Virus record (IMG/VR): IMGVR_UViG_3300031673_016563
Coordinates: 1-56,051 of that record
Strand: one strand, 5' to 3'
DNA length: 56,051 nt
Source of the DNA: a virus
Taxonomy: Duplodnaviria > Caudoviricetes
Program-made: the position numbers and the translations under genes
Part shown: piece after piece, positions 9,857-18,204 of the stretch
Position numbering within the stretch: the stretch's first letter is position 1
How the letters are laid out: each line of letters starts with the position of its first letter
The notes under the pieces: generated by a model
Told to the model about the DNA's origin: nothing
Seen by the model: the letters and a program-made list of their open reading frames with translations, nothing else
Database searches by the model: none

Positions 9857-10513
9857 ATGTTAAATAAAGAAAGAATAAAAGCACAATTAATATCAGATGA
9901 TAAAAAACAAATAAACGTTCACAATGGTATCACAGGATTGCATCATAACGTTTACGGTGATTTCAAAAACGTTAGAGGCAATGTATCAAGATTATATGGT
10001 TCCGTATCACCAAAATTATCCGGAGATATATCAGGATTAATGGGAACCATATCACCAGGATTAGGGGGTGATATATCAAGATTATTCGGAGATATATCAA
10101 GATTATATGGTTCCGTATCACCAAAATTATCCGGAGATATATCAGGATTAATGGGAACCATATCACCAGGATTAGGGGGTGATGTATCAAGATTATTCGG
10201 GGATATATCAGGATTATTCGGTTCCGTATCACCAAAATTATCCGGAGATATATCAGGATTAACGGGAACCATATCACCAGGATTAACGGGAACCATATCA
10301 CCAAAATTATGGGGTGATGTATCAAGATTATTCGGTTCCATATCATCAAGATTAACGGGAACCATATCATCAGATTTATATGGAGATATATCAAGATTAA
10401 CGGGAACCATATCACCAAAATTATCCGGAGATGTATTGGATTTATCCGGGGATATAACAGGTATTGAGGGTGATGTAAAAGAAATAATAAATATTTTAAA
10501 AGGAGAGCAATAG
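9857..10513 (+). CDS. GDISGL-repeat family protein, copy A
   Basis: conserved N-cap MLNKERIKAQL..NVH.GITGLH..YGDF, 7- and 8-aa repeats, C-cap GDITGIEGDVKEIINILKGE. Confidence 0.8.
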   Translation: MLNKERIKAQLISDDKKQINVHNGITGLHHNVYGDFKNVRGNVSRLYGSVSPKLSGDISGLMGTISPGLGGDISRLFGDISRLYGSVSPKLSGDISGLMGTISPGLGGDVSRLFGDISGLFGSVSPKLSGDISGLTGTISPGLTGTISPKLWGDVSRLFGSISSRLTGTISSDLYGDISRLTGTISPKLSGDVLDLSGDITGIEGDVKEIINILKGEQ

Positions 10514-10514
10514 G

Positions 10515-11318
10515 GTGGATCAAATAAAAAGTCTTGAGGAAAGGTTTAAATACCTAGAGAGTTTGGGCTTCAAGACTCCTGAACATGGGTTAATAAAGGT
10601 TGAGAGTATTGAAGACACTTATCAATACTTTATTGATAAGAGGGGTTCCCTTGATTATGGGATAGATGGTATTGTTTTCTCTATAGATGATATGGAAAAA
10701 ATGGAATCCTTGGGAGTGTTGAATGAGAAACAAAAACCAAAAGGTCAGATAGCGTTAAAATTTCCAACTTCAGTGCACTATACCAAAATTCTAGATGTTG
10801 AGCTCAGCTTTAAAGGTACACAGGATATCAGTCTTGTGGCGCATATTGAGCCTGTTGAAATAGATGATACTACGATTAGGAAGGCGAGTCTAAAAAGCTA
10901 TAGGTGGGCTATTGATAATAAAGTATCAATAGGTTCGGTGGTGGGGGTGATAAAAGGGGGGGATATTATTCCTTGTATTACTGAGGTTATAAATACAAAT
11001 ATAAATTCTTTGTATGTTCCTTTTCCCATCCTTTTAAAATGCCCACATTGTGGAGGAGAAATTAAAACGGATGATACCCAATTATATTGCGAAAATGATA
11101 TGTGCAATGCTAAGGAGGCAGCTAGGATCTCTAAATTTTTGAAAATTATCAAGGTAAAAGGTCTAGCCTACAAAACTTTATTGAAATATGTAAATGTGGG
11201 TGTAGGCTTATGTCATTTTTTAGCTAAGAATTGGGATGAGATTGAGAGAATGATTAAAGTGGATTCTAGAATATCTTTAGTGATATGGGATAGGATTAGA
11301 AAATCTTTAGAGGAGTAA
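10515..11318 (+). CDS. ligA: NAD+-dependent DNA ligase, fragment 2 (rest of adenylation domain, OB fold, Zn finger, first HhH motifs)
   Basis: YLESLGF, YGIDGIVF, IALKF, EPVEI, IKGGDIIP, CPHCG..YCEN..C, VKGL. Confidence 0.9.
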   Translation: MDQIKSLEERFKYLESLGFKTPEHGLIKVESIEDTYQYFIDKRGSLDYGIDGIVFSIDDMEKMESLGVLNEKQKPKGQIALKFPTSVHYTKILDVELSFKGTQDISLVAHIEPVEIDDTTIRKASLKSYRWAIDNKVSIGSVVGVIKGGDIIPCITEVINTNINSLYVPFPILLKCPHCGGEIKTDDTQLYCENDMCNAKEAARISKFLKIIKVKGLAYKTLLKYVNVGVGLCHFLAKNWDEIERMIKVDSRISLVIWDRIRKSLEE

Positions 11319-11322
11319 TAAA

Positions 11323-11592
11323 ATGTTAAATAAAGAAAAGATAAAAGAGCAGTTAATATTGAATGTTAAACAACAAGTAAATGTTCATGATAATATCATA
11401 GGATTACATTCCAATATTTATGGTGATTTCAAGAATGTTAAGGGTAACATAACAGGATTATATGGAAACATATCAGGATTATCCGGAAACATGTTACCCT
11501 GTTTGTATGGAGACATATCCGATATATCCGGGGATATAACAGGTATTGAGGGTGATGTAAAAGAAATAATAAATATTTTAAAAGGAGAGTAA
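11323..11592 (+). CDS. GDISGL-repeat family protein, copy B (short)
   Basis: same N- and C-caps as copy A; 65 bp at the 3' end identical to copy A. Confidence 0.8.
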   Translation: MLNKEKIKEQLILNVKQQVNVHDNIIGLHSNIYGDFKNVKGNITGLYGNISGLSGNMLPCLYGDISDISGDITGIEGDVKEIINILKGE

Positions 11593-11596
11593 TAAA

Positions 11597-11779
11597 ATGT
11601 TAAATAAAGAAAGAATAAAAGCACAATTAGATGGGGGTAAACCAATAGATGTTCCTAAGCAGGTGGGTATCCATATAATATCAGAATGTCAGGGGGGTAT
11701 ATTAGTTGATATACCTTTGGAGGGTCAGGGTTGTGTATTAGATAATGATGCTGATATAGTTATTTTGGAGGAACAATAA
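11597..11779 (+). CDS. chimeric small ORF: family N-cap fused to unrelated sequence
   Basis: 11591-11629 identical to 9851-9889 (MLNKERIKAQL), then no repeats. Confidence 0.55.
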   Translation: MLNKERIKAQLDGGKPIDVPKQVGIHIISECQGGILVDIPLEGQGCVLDNDADIVILEEQ

Positions 11780-11781
11780 AA

Positions 11782-11994
11782 ATGCCACTATATGGGTATG
11801 AATGTACATTTTGTGATTTCAAGTTTGAACTGCGGAAGAATATGTTGAAATCGGATGATACAGAGTACTGCCCACAATGCGGGTCGGAATGTAATAAGTT
11901 GATATCCGGAGGTAGCGGATTCATTTTAGAAGGTAGCGGATGGGCTAAAGATGGATATTCAGATTCTCACAGTAAAGGGGGGAGCCACGAATGA
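11782..11994 (+). CDS. FmdB-family zinc-ribbon protein
   Basis: MPLYGYEC..C...FE...CPQCG...GSGFILEGSGWAKDGY. Confidence 0.85.
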   Translation: MPLYGYECTFCDFKFELRKNMLKSDDTEYCPQCGSECNKLISGGSGFILEGSGWAKDGYSDSHSKGGSHE

Positions 11995-12515
11995 ATCTAG
12001 CTAAATTTTTAGATAGTATATCCATTACTGCTGCGGGGGAACTTACCTTTCAGCAATTCATTGATGAGGGGTTTGATACTTTGTATAAGATAAATGAAAT
12101 GTCTATCGATCAAATGGCGAGTTCGGGCAAATCTAAGAATAGAATATTGGGAGAGAAGACTGCTGAGAAAATATATAATAGTCTACATTCGGCAAGGGTA
12201 AGATTATTATTAGAGTTCTCGGATTTATGGATAAACAAATTGGACGATTCTCCTCCACAAGAAGAGGAGAATAATGAGCTCTTAATGAATGTGCGGGGTA
12301 AGAAGTTACTTTTCACTGGGGAGGGGCCTTTTTCTAGAGCAACATTAACGGCGATCTTGAAAAGGAATAATGCAATTGTTCAATCCTCTCTTACAAAAGA
12401 AACTGATATTTTGATTTTGAGTAATTTGGATAGTACTTCAAGTAAGGCTAAGAAGGCTAGAAAATATGGTACAAAAATGATTACTTACGAGGATGTTTTT
12501 GGAGGGCAGGTGTAA
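11991..12515 (+). CDS. ligA: NAD+-dependent DNA ligase, fragment 3 (last HhH motifs and BRCT)
   Basis: LAKFLDSISI..AGE, LGEKTAEKI, BRCT GKKLLFTG...SSLTKETDILI...SSKAKKARKYG. Confidence 0.88.
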   Translation: MNLAKFLDSISITAAGELTFQQFIDEGFDTLYKINEMSIDQMASSGKSKNRILGEKTAEKIYNSLHSARVRLLLEFSDLWINKLDDSPPQEEENNELLMNVRGKKLLFTGEGPFSRATLTAILKRNNAIVQSSLTKETDILILSNLDSTSSKAKKARKYGTKMITYEDVFGGQV

Positions 12516-12548
12516 AATTTTTAAGAGCCAGATCAAATATATAGTATA
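12511..12548 (+). promoter_or_regulatory. conserved bipartite promoter-like motif, copy 2
   Basis: TGTAAAATTTTT...ATCAAATATATAGTATA, 21-nt offset. Confidence 0.7.
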
Positions 12549-12567
12549 AACCAATTAAAAACTTAAT

Positions 12568-13236
12568 ATGAGCAATAAAATGACAAATAAAGAAAAGATA
12601 AAAGCACAGTTAGAATTGGATGTTAAACAACAAATAAACGTTCACGATGGCATCACAGGATTACACCTCTTTATATATGGGAATTTCAAAAACGTTAGAG
12701 GTGATGTATTTAAATTATCCGGAGACATAACAGGATTATCCGGAACCGTATCATCAGGATTGTTCGGGGATATAACAGAATTATCCGGCCACATATCAGA
12801 ATTATCCGGTAACATATCAGGATTATCCGGTAACATATCAGGATTATCCGGTAACATATCAGGATTATCCGGAATCATATCAGGATTATCCGGTAACATA
12901 ACAGGACTATCCGGAACCGTATCATCAGGATTGTTCGGAGATATAACAGGATTATTCGGTAACATATCAGAATTATGGGGTAACATATCAGGATTGTTCG
13001 GAGATATAACAGGATTATCCGGAGACGTATCAGGATTATCCGGTAACATAACAGGATTATTCGGAACTGTATCATCAGGATTATCAGGAAACATATCAGA
13101 ATTATCCGGAGACATAACAGGATTATCCGGAACCGTATCATCAGGATTGTTCGGGGATGTTACCTACTTATCCGGGGATATAACAGGCATTGAGGGTAAT
13201 ATAGAGGATATAATAGATATTTTAAGAGAGGAGTAA
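12568..13236 (+). CDS. GDISGL-repeat family protein, copy C (start may be 12580)
   Basis: MTNKEKIKAQL N-cap, GNISGLS / GTVSSGLF repeats, GDITGIEGNIEDIIDILREE C-cap. Confidence 0.8.
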   Translation: MSNKMTNKEKIKAQLELDVKQQINVHDGITGLHLFIYGNFKNVRGDVFKLSGDITGLSGTVSSGLFGDITELSGHISELSGNISGLSGNISGLSGNISGLSGIISGLSGNITGLSGTVSSGLFGDITGLFGNISELWGNISGLFGDITGLSGDVSGLSGNITGLFGTVSSGLSGNISELSGDITGLSGTVSSGLFGDVTYLSGDITGIEGNIEDIIDILREE

Positions 13237-13243
13237 TAAAGGG

Positions 13244-13281
13244 TGTAAAATTTTTTAGATTCAAATCGAATATATAGTATA
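13244..13281 (+). promoter_or_regulatory. conserved bipartite promoter-like motif, copy 3
   Basis: TGTAAAATTTTTT...ATCGAATATATAGTATA, 21-nt offset. Confidence 0.7.
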
Positions 13282-13315
13282 GGCTCTTAAAAACTTAAAA
13301 TTAAGGAGATTAAAA

Positions 13316-13648
13316 ATGAGTAATGTAATAACAAGTACGGCATCAATTATTGATCATGTTCGATCCAAAAAGAATATCAAGGTAGCATTTGTAAAGAAGA
13401 ATGGCGATGATCGAGTAATGAATTGCACTTTGGATTTTGATCGTATCCCAGAATTTCATCATCCTGACGATTCAGAGAAGGAAGTAGACCCTATGGAGGA
13501 GAAGGATAAAACTTATCTGAAGGTTTATGATTTAGAGAGCCATGGTTGGAGGAGTATCCCTTTGAGGGGGCTTAATTGGTTAAGTGTGGATGATGAGAAA
13601 TATGAAATGAGCTTGGATTCTAAACAAAATCCTCAAATTCTAAGATAA
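13316..13648 (+). CDS. WYL_2/DUF2693-like SH3-fold protein
   Basis: VAFVKKNGDDRVMNCTL and VYDLE..GWRS motifs. Confidence 0.75.
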   Translation: MSNVITSTASIIDHVRSKKNIKVAFVKKNGDDRVMNCTLDFDRIPEFHHPDDSEKEVDPMEEKDKTYLKVYDLESHGWRSIPLRGLNWLSVDDEKYEMSLDSKQNPQILR

Positions 13649-13659
13649 AGGAGAATAGA

Positions 13660-14199
13660 ATGACCGGAAAGGAAAAATTGATTCAAGAAGCTGAAATAAG
13701 ATATATTAAATACCTAACCTCTAAGGAGATTAGACAGTTAACATGTACGGAGGTAGAGCATCTCTCCGTACATGAAATTAAAGCTCTATCCCCATTCCAA
13801 ATAGGTTTTTTCAATTCGGAACAAGTGAAATATATGAGTTGTGAGTTTTTCAGATTTGTGGGAAGGGATCAACTGAAGGTGTTTGTTGATAGGCATATAT
13901 CGGATTTAACTCCCATTCAATTAGAGGCATTGATTGATTTACAATCAGACATCCTCACGAAAAAGAATGTGCGGATGTTAACTATACCACAGATATCTGA
14001 GTTGGATGAGGCTCGATGTGAAGTACTATGTCGAATAATGGAGATCCCAGAGGGGGGAATAAAAATGGCTGAATCAAATATAACAATTAATGGCCATACA
14101 CTTAATGATCTTGAAGTTCGAAAAGGGTTGGGAGATATGTGTAAGGTGTACATTGAGAATACTAAAAGTATAAAGGAGTTAATTGATGGGGGGAAATAA
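13660..14199 (+). CDS. hypothetical protein with 8-aa L[ST]xx[EQ]I repeats
   Basis: LTSKEIRQ LTCTEVEH LSVHEIKA LSPFQIGF FNSEQVKY periodicity. Confidence 0.6.
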   Translation: MTGKEKLIQEAEIRYIKYLTSKEIRQLTCTEVEHLSVHEIKALSPFQIGFFNSEQVKYMSCEFFRFVGRDQLKVFVDRHISDLTPIQLEALIDLQSDILTKKNVRMLTIPQISELDEARCEVLCRIMEIPEGGIKMAESNITINGHTLNDLEVRKGLGDMCKVYIENTKSIKELIDGGK

Positions 14200-14524
14200 T
14201 GAGGATCTCAAGCGAAAGACATTAATGGAGGATATTCAGAGTAAATTATATAAATTCGCAAAGGAGATATATGAATTAATGGAGCAGGGTATTGGGGTAA
14301 AAGAAGAATTTGAGGAGGATATCATAAATTATCTTGAGGAGTTAGTAGAGGATAATATCATCCAGGATTTCCGATTAATGGAATTGATTGTGTATCCAAG
14401 CCCTATTACCTCTATAAGTGTCATGTTGTCACTAGGAGATCCGGAAGGAATATTTTCTGAATTTCATGTGGGAGCAGGTTACACTAAAAATAACCCTATT
14501 TCATGTGGATGTAGTATACTCTAA
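14183..14524 (+). CDS. hypothetical protein, weak resemblance to tail-sheath C-terminal domain
   Basis: IINYLEELVEDNIIQDFRL pattern. Confidence 0.5.
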   Translation: MMGGNNEDLKRKTLMEDIQSKLYKFAKEIYELMEQGIGVKEEFEEDIINYLEELVEDNIIQDFRLMELIVYPSPITSISVMLSLGDPEGIFSEFHVGAGYTKNNPISCGCSIL

Positions 14525-14543
14525 AAATAATTTTTAAATAGGG

Positions 14544-14581
14544 TGTAAAATTTTTCTTCTTAGAATCGAATATATAGTATA
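14544..14581 (+). promoter_or_regulatory. conserved bipartite promoter-like motif, copy 4
   Basis: TGTAAAATTTTT...ATCGAATATATAGTATA, 21-nt offset. Confidence 0.7.
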
Positions 14582-14617
14582 GAATAATTAAATATTTTAA
14601 AGGGGGAGTAATAATAA

Positions 14618-14653
14618 ATGCTAAATAAGGAAAAGATAGGAATACATCCTTGA
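14618..14653 (+). pseudogene. collapsed remnant of a GDISGL-family gene (MLNKEKIGIHP*)
   Basis: family start MLNKEKI joined to GIHP (family G-L-H-P); preceded by sequence matching the family 3' end. Confidence 0.6.
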
Positions 14654-14769
14654 ATCGAGCTTTATGAAATATTACTGAGAAAACGGCTGAATTAAAGCAA
14701 AATTAAAGTTAACCTTGAGGAAGATACGAGGAAATGGGATATTTTCCTCGTATCTCGGAGGCATGAAAA

Positions 14770-15183
14770 ATGCAAGTTAAAGATTATGTAATAACAAAAG
14801 TTGTAAATGGGGTCAATCATGGGACAGTAGAAATATGTAATTCCTCAAATTTGCTTGACTCCATAAGAGAGTATTTCAAGGATACATCAAAATTGAGATT
14901 TTCTCAGGAGGAGAGTAATAAGATTTATGTCACGGATGAGAAATATGTTTTAGCGTATGTTTGTACTTGGGGAGAGCCTAAGACGGCTACGGTGTTGACT
15001 TTGGAGGATATAGAAAAGATATCTGATTTCATTATGTCCGAAGATCCGGCCTTATTAACTGTGACAGACTCCGATTGGATAAGGTATTTAATTTCTGAGG
15101 CTATACGAAAGATAAAAGGCGTCAATTTTCTAGAGGGAGAAGAAGAAATAAAAGGAATTAATTTTTTCAAGGAGGGGATATAG
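14770..15183 (+). CDS. hypothetical protein
   Basis: GGAGG SD, 137 aa ORF. Confidence 0.65.
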   Translation: MQVKDYVITKVVNGVNHGTVEICNSSNLLDSIREYFKDTSKLRFSQEESNKIYVTDEKYVLAYVCTWGEPKTATVLTLEDIEKISDFIMSEDPALLTVTDSDWIRYLISEAIRKIKGVNFLEGEEEIKGINFFKEGI

Positions 15184-16284
15184 ATGACAACATATAAAGA
15201 ATCAGGTGTGAATATTGAGGCGGGGGATGATTTTTCAAAGTATATTTACAAAGCTATACAATCCACTTGGGTAGATTCGGGGTGGAGAAAAATGATCACA
15301 CCTCTTGATGATTTTTCGGGATTGAGATATGTGGATATTTCAAATCTGGATAATGTTGTAATGGGTATGAATTTTGATGGGATTGGCACGAAGGTTAATA
15401 TTGCGGAAGCTTTGGGAGATTTTTCAACCATAGGTTATGATCTTGTTGCCATGGTGTGTGACGATGCTATAATTCGGGGGGCAGAGCCAGTGCTAATGGG
15501 GTCAATCATAGATCTGAATCATATCCCTTTGAATTATCATTCTCAGTTAAAGGATTTGATCAAAGGTTATGTGGAAGCTGCAAAAGTAGCAAATGTCCAA
15601 ATCATAAATGGGGAAGTAGCGGAACTTGGAAATAGAGTCCAAGGGTCTGGACCTTTAAATTTGAATTGGGGTGCTGGGGTGGTATGGTTTGCTAATAAAG
15701 ATCGAATAATATCGGGGAAAAATATTGAGGTTGACGATAGTGTAGTTTTATTTAAAGAAGATGGTTTTCGATCGAATGGTATATCCTTGGTAAGAAGAAT
15801 ATTTGTAGTAGAGTATGGAGCTTTTGTCACGGATAGAGAAGGATATCTTGAAAAAATGTTGACTCCTTCTCGAATATATACTCCAGCTATAATAGAAATG
15901 ACCGGGGGTGTTTACGGAGAGATTAAGGTTGATATTCAAGGTATGGCGAATATTACAGGGGGTGGATTACCTGGAAAATTAGGAAGGATGATGAAACCTT
16001 CAGGATTAGGTATTGATTTGAATGATCCCTTTGAGCCTCCTGATATTATGTTAGAATTTCAGGAGAAAGGGGATGTTAAAAGTAAAGAAGCCTACCGAAC
16101 TTGGAATATGGGTAATGGGTTTGCGGTGGTTACAAAAGATCCTGATAAGGTTATTGAGCTTGCCAAGAAGCATGGTATCGAGGCCAAAATCGGAGGAAAT
16201 GTCATTGATAGCAAAATAATAAAGATAAAAGATAAGGGGGCGTTTAGTAAGAATAAAACGTTACTCTTTCCTTTGGAGGAATAG
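15184..16284 (+). CDS. purM: phosphoribosylformylglycinamidine cyclo-ligase (AIR synthetase)
   Basis: YKESGVNIEAG, DGIGTK, DLVAM, GEVAE, GFRSNGISLVR, NITGGG, TWNMGNG. Confidence 0.93.
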   Translation: MTTYKESGVNIEAGDDFSKYIYKAIQSTWVDSGWRKMITPLDDFSGLRYVDISNLDNVVMGMNFDGIGTKVNIAEALGDFSTIGYDLVAMVCDDAIIRGAEPVLMGSIIDLNHIPLNYHSQLKDLIKGYVEAAKVANVQIINGEVAELGNRVQGSGPLNLNWGAGVVWFANKDRIISGKNIEVDDSVVLFKEDGFRSNGISLVRRIFVVEYGAFVTDREGYLEKMLTPSRIYTPAIIEMTGGVYGEIKVDIQGMANITGGGLPGKLGRMMKPSGLGIDLNDPFEPPDIMLEFQEKGDVKSKEAYRTWNMGNGFAVVTKDPDKVIELAKKHGIEAKIGGNVIDSKIIKIKDKGAFSKNKTLLFPLEE

Positions 16285-16286
16285 AG

Positions 16287-16562
16287 ATGTATAATTATTT
16301 AATCAAATGCCTTAGAATTTATATTTGGAATATCCTGCAATACATTAATCGAAAGTTCCTAAAAACTTATTCTCTAATTGAGGAGTGCGCTAGATGTAGA
16401 GATTGTGGCAGAAATGTCCATGATTACGATATCCCAAATGAGGTATGGTTAAAAGTTATAGGTAGATCTGACGGAGTTTGGTGCTATGATTGTTTTTGTG
16501 ATAGGGCGGATAAAAGCCTTGGATTTGAATGGCGATTAAAAACTAGTAAGATTAATCTTTAA
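16287..16562 (+). CDS. small Cys-rich hypothetical protein
   Basis: CRDCG...WCYDCF; GGAGG SD. Confidence 0.55.
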   Translation: MYNYLIKCLRIYIWNILQYINRKFLKTYSLIEECARCRDCGRNVHDYDIPNEVWLKVIGRSDGVWCYDCFCDRADKSLGFEWRLKTSKINL

Positions 16563-16573
16563 GGCGGATAAGA

Positions 16574-16876
16574 ATGGAAATTATAAATGAAGTAATTAGA
16601 AATAAATCTAATTGGGATTTTGAGAAGAAGAATAATATTGTTGAGGGTATAAGGAATGATATTAAGAACATCTTAGATAATTCCTCATCTATCACGGATT
16701 TAAGATCATCAATATGGGATTATTTAGATCAATACATCAAGAATGGGAGCCTATTGGAGTTTAATATCCCTTTGACCCTTTATTCAAGAGGATGGGTCAA
16801 AATCATTGTGGTATTTAAATTGCAATCTAATCCTAAGAAAGAAATAACCTTGACTATTAAAAAAGGAGATAAATAA
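16574..16876 (+). CDS. hypothetical protein, weak resemblance to tail-sheath C-terminal domain
   Basis: LRSSIWDYLDQYIKNGSLLEFNI...KEITLTI pattern. Confidence 0.55.
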   Translation: MEIINEVIRNKSNWDFEKKNNIVEGIRNDIKNILDNSSSITDLRSSIWDYLDQYIKNGSLLEFNIPLTLYSRGWVKIIVVFKLQSNPKKEITLTIKKGDK

Positions 16877-16877
16877 A

Positions 16878-18173
16878 ATGATTAATAGGTATACACATAA
16901 AGAAATGGGGGATATCTGGACTGAGGAGAACATGTATAAGACCTGGTTAGAGGTTGAATTGGCGGTATGTAAAGCTTGGGTTGAATTGGGGGAGCTACCA
17001 CAGAAAACATACAATGAAATTTATGATAAAGCTAATTTTGATGCGAATAGAATTGAAGAAATTGAAAAAGACGTGAAACATGACGTTATTGCATTTCTCA
17101 CTAATGTATCTGAGTATGTAGGCCCTGAGAACTCAAGATTTATACATAAAGGGCTGACATCCTCAGATATTTTAGATACTTCTTTAGCTATGAGGATGAA
17201 TCAATCTATAAGTATCATAGTGAGTAAGATCCGAGCTTTAATGGAGGCGGTCAAAAAGAGAGCATATCAATATAAGGATACTATAATTATGGGTCGATCT
17301 CACGGTATGCACGCGGAGCCCACAACTTTTGGATTAAAACTTGCAAGTTGGTATGCCGAGATTGAAAGAAGTTTACAAAGAATATATTCCGTTTGGGAGA
17401 GTATATGTTGTGGTAAGATATCCGGTGCAGTGGGTACATATGCACATATACCAATGGAATTAGAAGTGTTTACATTAGATATTCTAGGTTTAGAGTGTCC
17501 CAAAATATCTAATCAGATCTTACAAAGAGATCGTCATGCTGAATGTATCACCGCATTGGCTATTGTGGGGGCTTCTCTTGAAAAATTTGCAACGGAAATT
17601 AGACATTTGGCACGAACAGAGATTCATGAAGTGGAGGAACCTTTTACAAAAAACCAAAAAGGCTCCTCGGCTATGCCACAAAAGAGGAACCCCATAAGAT
17701 CCGAGAATGTATGTGGATGTGCGAGAGTTCTTCGGGGCTATGCCTTAACCGCGATGGAGAATGTAGCTTTATAGCATGAGAGGGATATCAGCCATTCATC
17801 GGCTGAGAGGATAATAATTCCGGACGCTTTCATTTTGTTGGATCATATGCTTTCCAAGATGATCAATATTGTGGGGAATATGGTGGTATATGAGGATAGG
17901 ATGAAAAAGAATATGGAGTTATCTTCCTCAACCATATTAGCACAAAAAGTTCTATTATTTTTAGTGAATAAGGGGATGGCAAGAGATGTGGCATATAAAA
18001 TAATTCAGAGTACGGCTATGGAGGCTATGCAATCAAATAAAAATTTCATAACTCTACTAAAGGAGAATAAATTAATAAATTCTTGGATAACTGAGGAGGA
18101 TCTGAAACAATTTGATTATTCCAGTTATCTTATTAACGTGGATGAGATATTTAATCGTGTTTTTGGGGAATAA
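16878..18173 (+). pseudogene. purB: adenylosuccinate lyase interrupted by one in-frame TAG (17772-17774); pseudogene or recoded gene
   Basis: HDVIAF, GLTSSD, GRSHG.HAEPTTFG, GSSAMPQKRNP, then MENVAL*HERDISHSSAER continuing in frame to a 431-aa product. Confidence 0.92.
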
Positions 18174-18204
18174 GATCAATTGAATAAGATCAATTGAATA
18201 AGAT
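18168..18204 (+). repeat. 14-bp tandem repeat at a gene junction
   Basis: GAATAAGATCAATT x2 plus partial GAATAAGAT, spanning the purB stop and next start. Confidence 0.85.

Noticed and set aside
8752-11991. Inteins or group I/II introns joining the ligase fragments
   Set aside because: No intein terminal motifs; the intervals are filled with ordinary SD-led ORFs and a promoter motif rather than structured intron RNA. Judged by eye only.
9960-13200. CRISPR array in the 21/24-nt repeats
   Set aside because: Units are contiguous, in-frame and degenerate, with no unique spacers and no cas genes.
15181-15186. TAG-ATG in-frame junction that would fuse the 14770 ORF to purM
   Set aside because: purM has its own GGAGG SD and a normal N-terminus; consistent with tight gene packing.
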